DNA of 64,000 bases from Sedimentisphaerales bacterium (GTDB lineage: Bacteria > Planctomycetota > Phycisphaerae > Sedimentisphaerales > Anaerobacaceae). Location of the stretch: the NCBI GenBank assembly GCA_035476995.1, contig DATIKY010000344.1, positions 4,550 to 68,549 on the forward strand, read 5' to 3'. The position numbers and the translations under genes were made by a program. The notes beneath the pieces were generated by a model that saw only the letters and a program-made list of their open reading frames with translations, made no database searches and was not told the origin of the DNA. Shown here piece by piece: positions 61,548 to 64,000 of this stretch (positions within the stretch are counted from its first letter, which is position 1; every line of letters starts with the position of its first letter).

Positions 61548-63772
61548 TCTTCGTGGATTACCCAGGACATCTCGTTGCTTTGGGGCTGACGCTGGCGGCC
61601 GCCGCGGTTGTCCTCGTCGCCTTCCGCGCGGGCCCGCTGCAGACGCCGCAGCGCAACCGATACCGCCGGCTCCTGGCGGCTCTGCATTATGCTGCGATTC
61701 TGCTGGTGCTTGTCATCCTCTGGAATCCCTCGGCCAGGCAAAAGGAAGAAACGTTCGGGAAGAACACCGTCCTGGCGGTCTTCGATACGAGCGAGAGCAT
61801 GTCCGTGGCCGACGATGGGCGGCAGTCGCGTCTCGATCGGTCGCTGAGCCGATTCGAGGAATGCTTCGACAAGCCGGGCGGGGATGGGCCTCAGTACCGT
61901 GTCTACGGCTTCGACGATCGCGCCTACCACTGCGGTTTTGCGGGTCTCCTCCGGCGGTGGGGCTCGCGAAGCAATCTGCACGAGGCGGTCTCGCTCGCGG
62001 CCGACTGTGTTACGCAAGATGCGCAGAGTTCGACGCAGGACGAGCCCCCCGGTTTGGTCGTCTTCACGGACGGGCGGGCCGACGACCGGGACCCGCGGCG
62101 CTATCTGCCTGCGTTGCGGGAAGACCTGCCGATCCTGATCGTGGGCGTGGGGGCCCGCAGCCCGCGGCCCGACCTGGCGGTCGAGATGCTCATGAGCCCG
62201 GCGGCCGCCTGGGTCGACACGACATATGACGTTGGCGTCGTGGTGTCCGCCGCGGATGTGCCGAATGCTGCTGTGACGCTTGAATTGCTCTGCGACAACG
62301 AGATTGTCGAGAAACGTCAGATCGATCGAGAGGCCTTCCAGGCCGGCAGCCCGGGGACCGCACAGGCGACGGCCAGATTCACCGTCCCGGCGCAGGGGCT
62401 CGGCGTCCACGTGTTGACCGCCCGCGTCCAACCGGGCCGGGGCGAGATCAATCTGGGAAACAACGCCCGCACGACGTCGGTCGAGGTGATGCAGGACCGT
62501 CCGCTGCGGGTCCTGCTGCACTCGCAATGGGCCAACTTCAACATCGGCAAAATCCGCCAGGCGTTGTCGCGGGACAAACGCATTCGACTGGACCTGGGCT
62601 TCGACGTGATCAAGAACAGGCCTCTGTCGGATCGGGCGACGCGCGCCACGGGGTATGTGACCCTGGCGAAGTTCCGGACTCGGCAGGATGAATACGACGT
62701 GATCATCATGGGATCCTCGTACATCGGTTTCCCGGGCGACGATTTCAAGGAGAACACTCTGTACGATTTCTTCGCCAAGCGGGGCGGCGCCATGATCCTT
62801 CTGCCGGGCGAAACGGTGCACGCCCTGGCGACGGACAGCCAGGGCCGCGGCCTGTCCACGCTGCCGGTTCTGTTCGCGCGGCAAGAGCAGGGCGCCTTTC
62901 CCACAACGGCGATTCCGAGTCCCGCGAGGGTGTGGCCGCCGCAGCGCGATGCGATCAAGCTGTCCTTCGAAGCCGAGATCGCGCATGTGTTCGATCCGAG
63001 CGTATTGGCGGAGCCGCCGTATCGGGTCTCGCCGTACTACGGGATTGCCGCGACAAAACCCGCAGCCACGACGCTGGCGATGGTCGGCGATACGCCGATC
63101 GTCTCGGTGCACAGGGTCGGCCGGGGTCGCGTATGTCTGCTCAACATCTCGAAGCTGTTCACCCTCTACCGCGAGGACAGGCAAGGCGGCGCGCTGAGCG
63201 AACTGATGTGCGGCCTGGTGGCGTATCTGGGTCGCACTCCTTCGCAGGGAGCGAGCGTCGAGCTGTTCGCCGAGCGGACCGTCGAAAACCCGCGGCGGGT
63301 CGAATTCAACGCCCATGTGATGGATAAGTCCTTCGAGCCGGCTCCAGGGGCGAACGTCCTGCTGACCGTGGGCGAACAGGTCGTGGGCATGGAGCCGATC
63401 GGTCGGGGCTACTACCGGGCGACGCTCGACTGGGGCCCGGGGCAATCCGTCGTCGCCACCGCCCAGGCGGAGCTCAACGGTTCGTTCCTGGGCGAGCGGA
63501 CTCTTGCGACGACCCTGCCGGCGGTACGCGACGAGATGTCCTGCGTCGATCTGGACGAGCCGTTTTTGCGTATGCTGGCGGAGCGAATGAAGGCTCGCTA
63601 TGTTCACATCGACGATCTGAACGAGAAGGCCGCCGAGACCTTCGAATCCCGGCGTCAGATCGGAACGATCGAAAAAGTCACGAGCGTCTGGCCGAGATGG
63701 CCCTTGCTGGTGGTGTTGTGTTTGTTGCTCTCGACCGGCTGGTTCATCCGCCGGGCGATTGGATTGGTGTGA
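61544..63772 (+). CDS. membrane-anchored vWA-domain protein (BatB-like) of the MoxR operon
   Basis: ATG 61544 overlaps the upstream stop (ATGA). There are two N-terminal TM helices. The MIDAS-like motif is VLAVFDTSESMSVAD. The C-terminal TM helix is WPLLVVLCLLLSTGWFI. Confidence 0.7.
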   Translation: MIFVDYPGHLVALGLTLAAAAVVLVAFRAGPLQTPQRNRYRRLLAALHYAAILLVLVILWNPSARQKEETFGKNTVLAVFDTSESMSVADDGRQSRLDRSLSRFEECFDKPGGDGPQYRVYGFDDRAYHCGFAGLLRRWGSRSNLHEAVSLAADCVTQDAQSSTQDEPPGLVVFTDGRADDRDPRRYLPALREDLPILIVGVGARSPRPDLAVEMLMSPAAAWVDTTYDVGVVVSAADVPNAAVTLELLCDNEIVEKRQIDREAFQAGSPGTAQATARFTVPAQGLGVHVLTARVQPGRGEINLGNNARTTSVEVMQDRPLRVLLHSQWANFNIGKIRQALSRDKRIRLDLGFDVIKNRPLSDRATRATGYVTLAKFRTRQDEYDVIIMGSSYIGFPGDDFKENTLYDFFAKRGGAMILLPGETVHALATDSQGRGLSTLPVLFARQEQGAFPTTAIPSPARVWPPQRDAIKLSFEAEIAHVFDPSVLAEPPYRVSPYYGIAATKPAATTLAMVGDTPIVSVHRVGRGRVCLLNISKLFTLYREDRQGGALSELMCGLVAYLGRTPSQGASVELFAERTVENPRRVEFNAHVMDKSFEPAPGANVLLTVGEQVVGMEPIGRGYYRATLDWGPGQSVVATAQAELNGSFLGERTLATTLPAVRDEMSCVDLDEPFLRMLAERMKARYVHIDDLNEKAAETFESRRQIGTIEKVTSVWPRWPLLVVLCLLLSTGWFIRRAIGLV

Positions 63773-63783
63773 GGAGTATTCGG

Positions 63784-64000
63784 ATGGTTCAAACAATCGT
63801 GAGTGCTGCTTGCATGATGTTGGTCGCGACCGCTGGGGTCGCGGAGGATCGCCTTGCGGGCGAAACCTACGCGGTTGTCGTCAGCGGGGTCGGCAAGGAC
63901 CCGCAGGACCTTGTCGCAAGGGGACAGGTGCTGAGTGAATTGCGGACGTACTTGAGCGAAAAAGCTTTCGTCAAGCCTGAACGGCTGACGGTCCTGGCGC
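63784..64000 (+). CDS. hypothetical secreted protein, N-terminal fragment (runs off the window)
   Basis: ATG 63784 lies 12 nt after the upstream stop. MVQTIVSAACMMLVATAGVAEDRLAGETYAVVVSGVGKD... is signal-peptide-like. The frame is open to the window edge. This ORF is not in the ORF track because it is open-ended. Confidence 0.4.
   Translation, partial: MVQTIVSAACMMLVATAGVAEDRLAGETYAVVVSGVGKDPQDLVARGQVLSELRTYLSEKAFVKPERLTVLA

Noticed and set aside
1-64000. A scan for CRISPR arrays, tRNA/rRNA genes, insertion sequences, integrases, toxin-antitoxin pairs or known defence systems.
   Set aside because: I saw no evenly spaced direct repeats, no cloverleaf-compatible intergenic sequences, no transposase or integrase-like ORFs and no terminal inverted repeats. 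The only repeats are intragenic coding repeats and the short motifs reported above. This was done by eye only; a tRNAscan/Infernal/ISfinder run would be decisive.

Overview
This is a 64-kb, gene-dense and visibly GC-rich segment (about 60-65% by eye, not computed). I saw no rRNA, tRNA, CRISPR array, transposase or integrase. It falls into three modules.

(1) 1-36.05 kb, almost entirely on the minus strand, is an exosortase/PEP-CTERM exopolysaccharide locus. It holds a Wza-like exporter fragment, three small PEP-CTERM cargo genes, an EpsA-like LuxR regulator, a 1468-aa TPR protein, a priming sugar transferase, a Wzc-like co-polymerase/tyrosine kinase and an exosortase. It also holds two nucleotide-sugar dehydrogenases, a methyltransferase, an Alg14/Alg13-like split glycosyltransferase, seven further GT2/GT4 glycosyltransferases, a Wzy-like polymerase, a DegT aminotransferase, an RmlD-like reductase, a Wzx flippase and EpsI.

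(2) 36.4-52.5 kb on the plus strand starts with a 1491-aa secreted multidomain protein. Its C-terminus looks like a Cys-containing sorting tag (GGC, TM helix, Arg cluster). Its stop codon overlaps the start of a CPBP intramembrane protease, and a type II secretion cluster gspC-D-E-F-G-I-J-K-L-M follows.

(3) 52.6-64 kb holds a PQQ-like beta-propeller gene (minus strand) and a tightly coupled MoxR / DUF58 / BatA-like / DUF4175-like / vWA operon (plus strand).

The most interesting observations are:
- the cargo-tag / CPBP protease / T2SS co-directional cluster;
- paralogous, apparently degenerate nucleotidyltransferase + hexapeptide-repeat modules fused to the N-termini of both the exosortase and the priming glycosyltransferase;
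- long strand-skewed non-coding stretches with consensus promoters far upstream of PEP-CTERM cargo genes.

The gene content resembles PVC-type (Planctomycetota/Verrucomicrobiota-like) genomes, but that is inference only. All family assignments come from motif recognition by eye, not from database searches.
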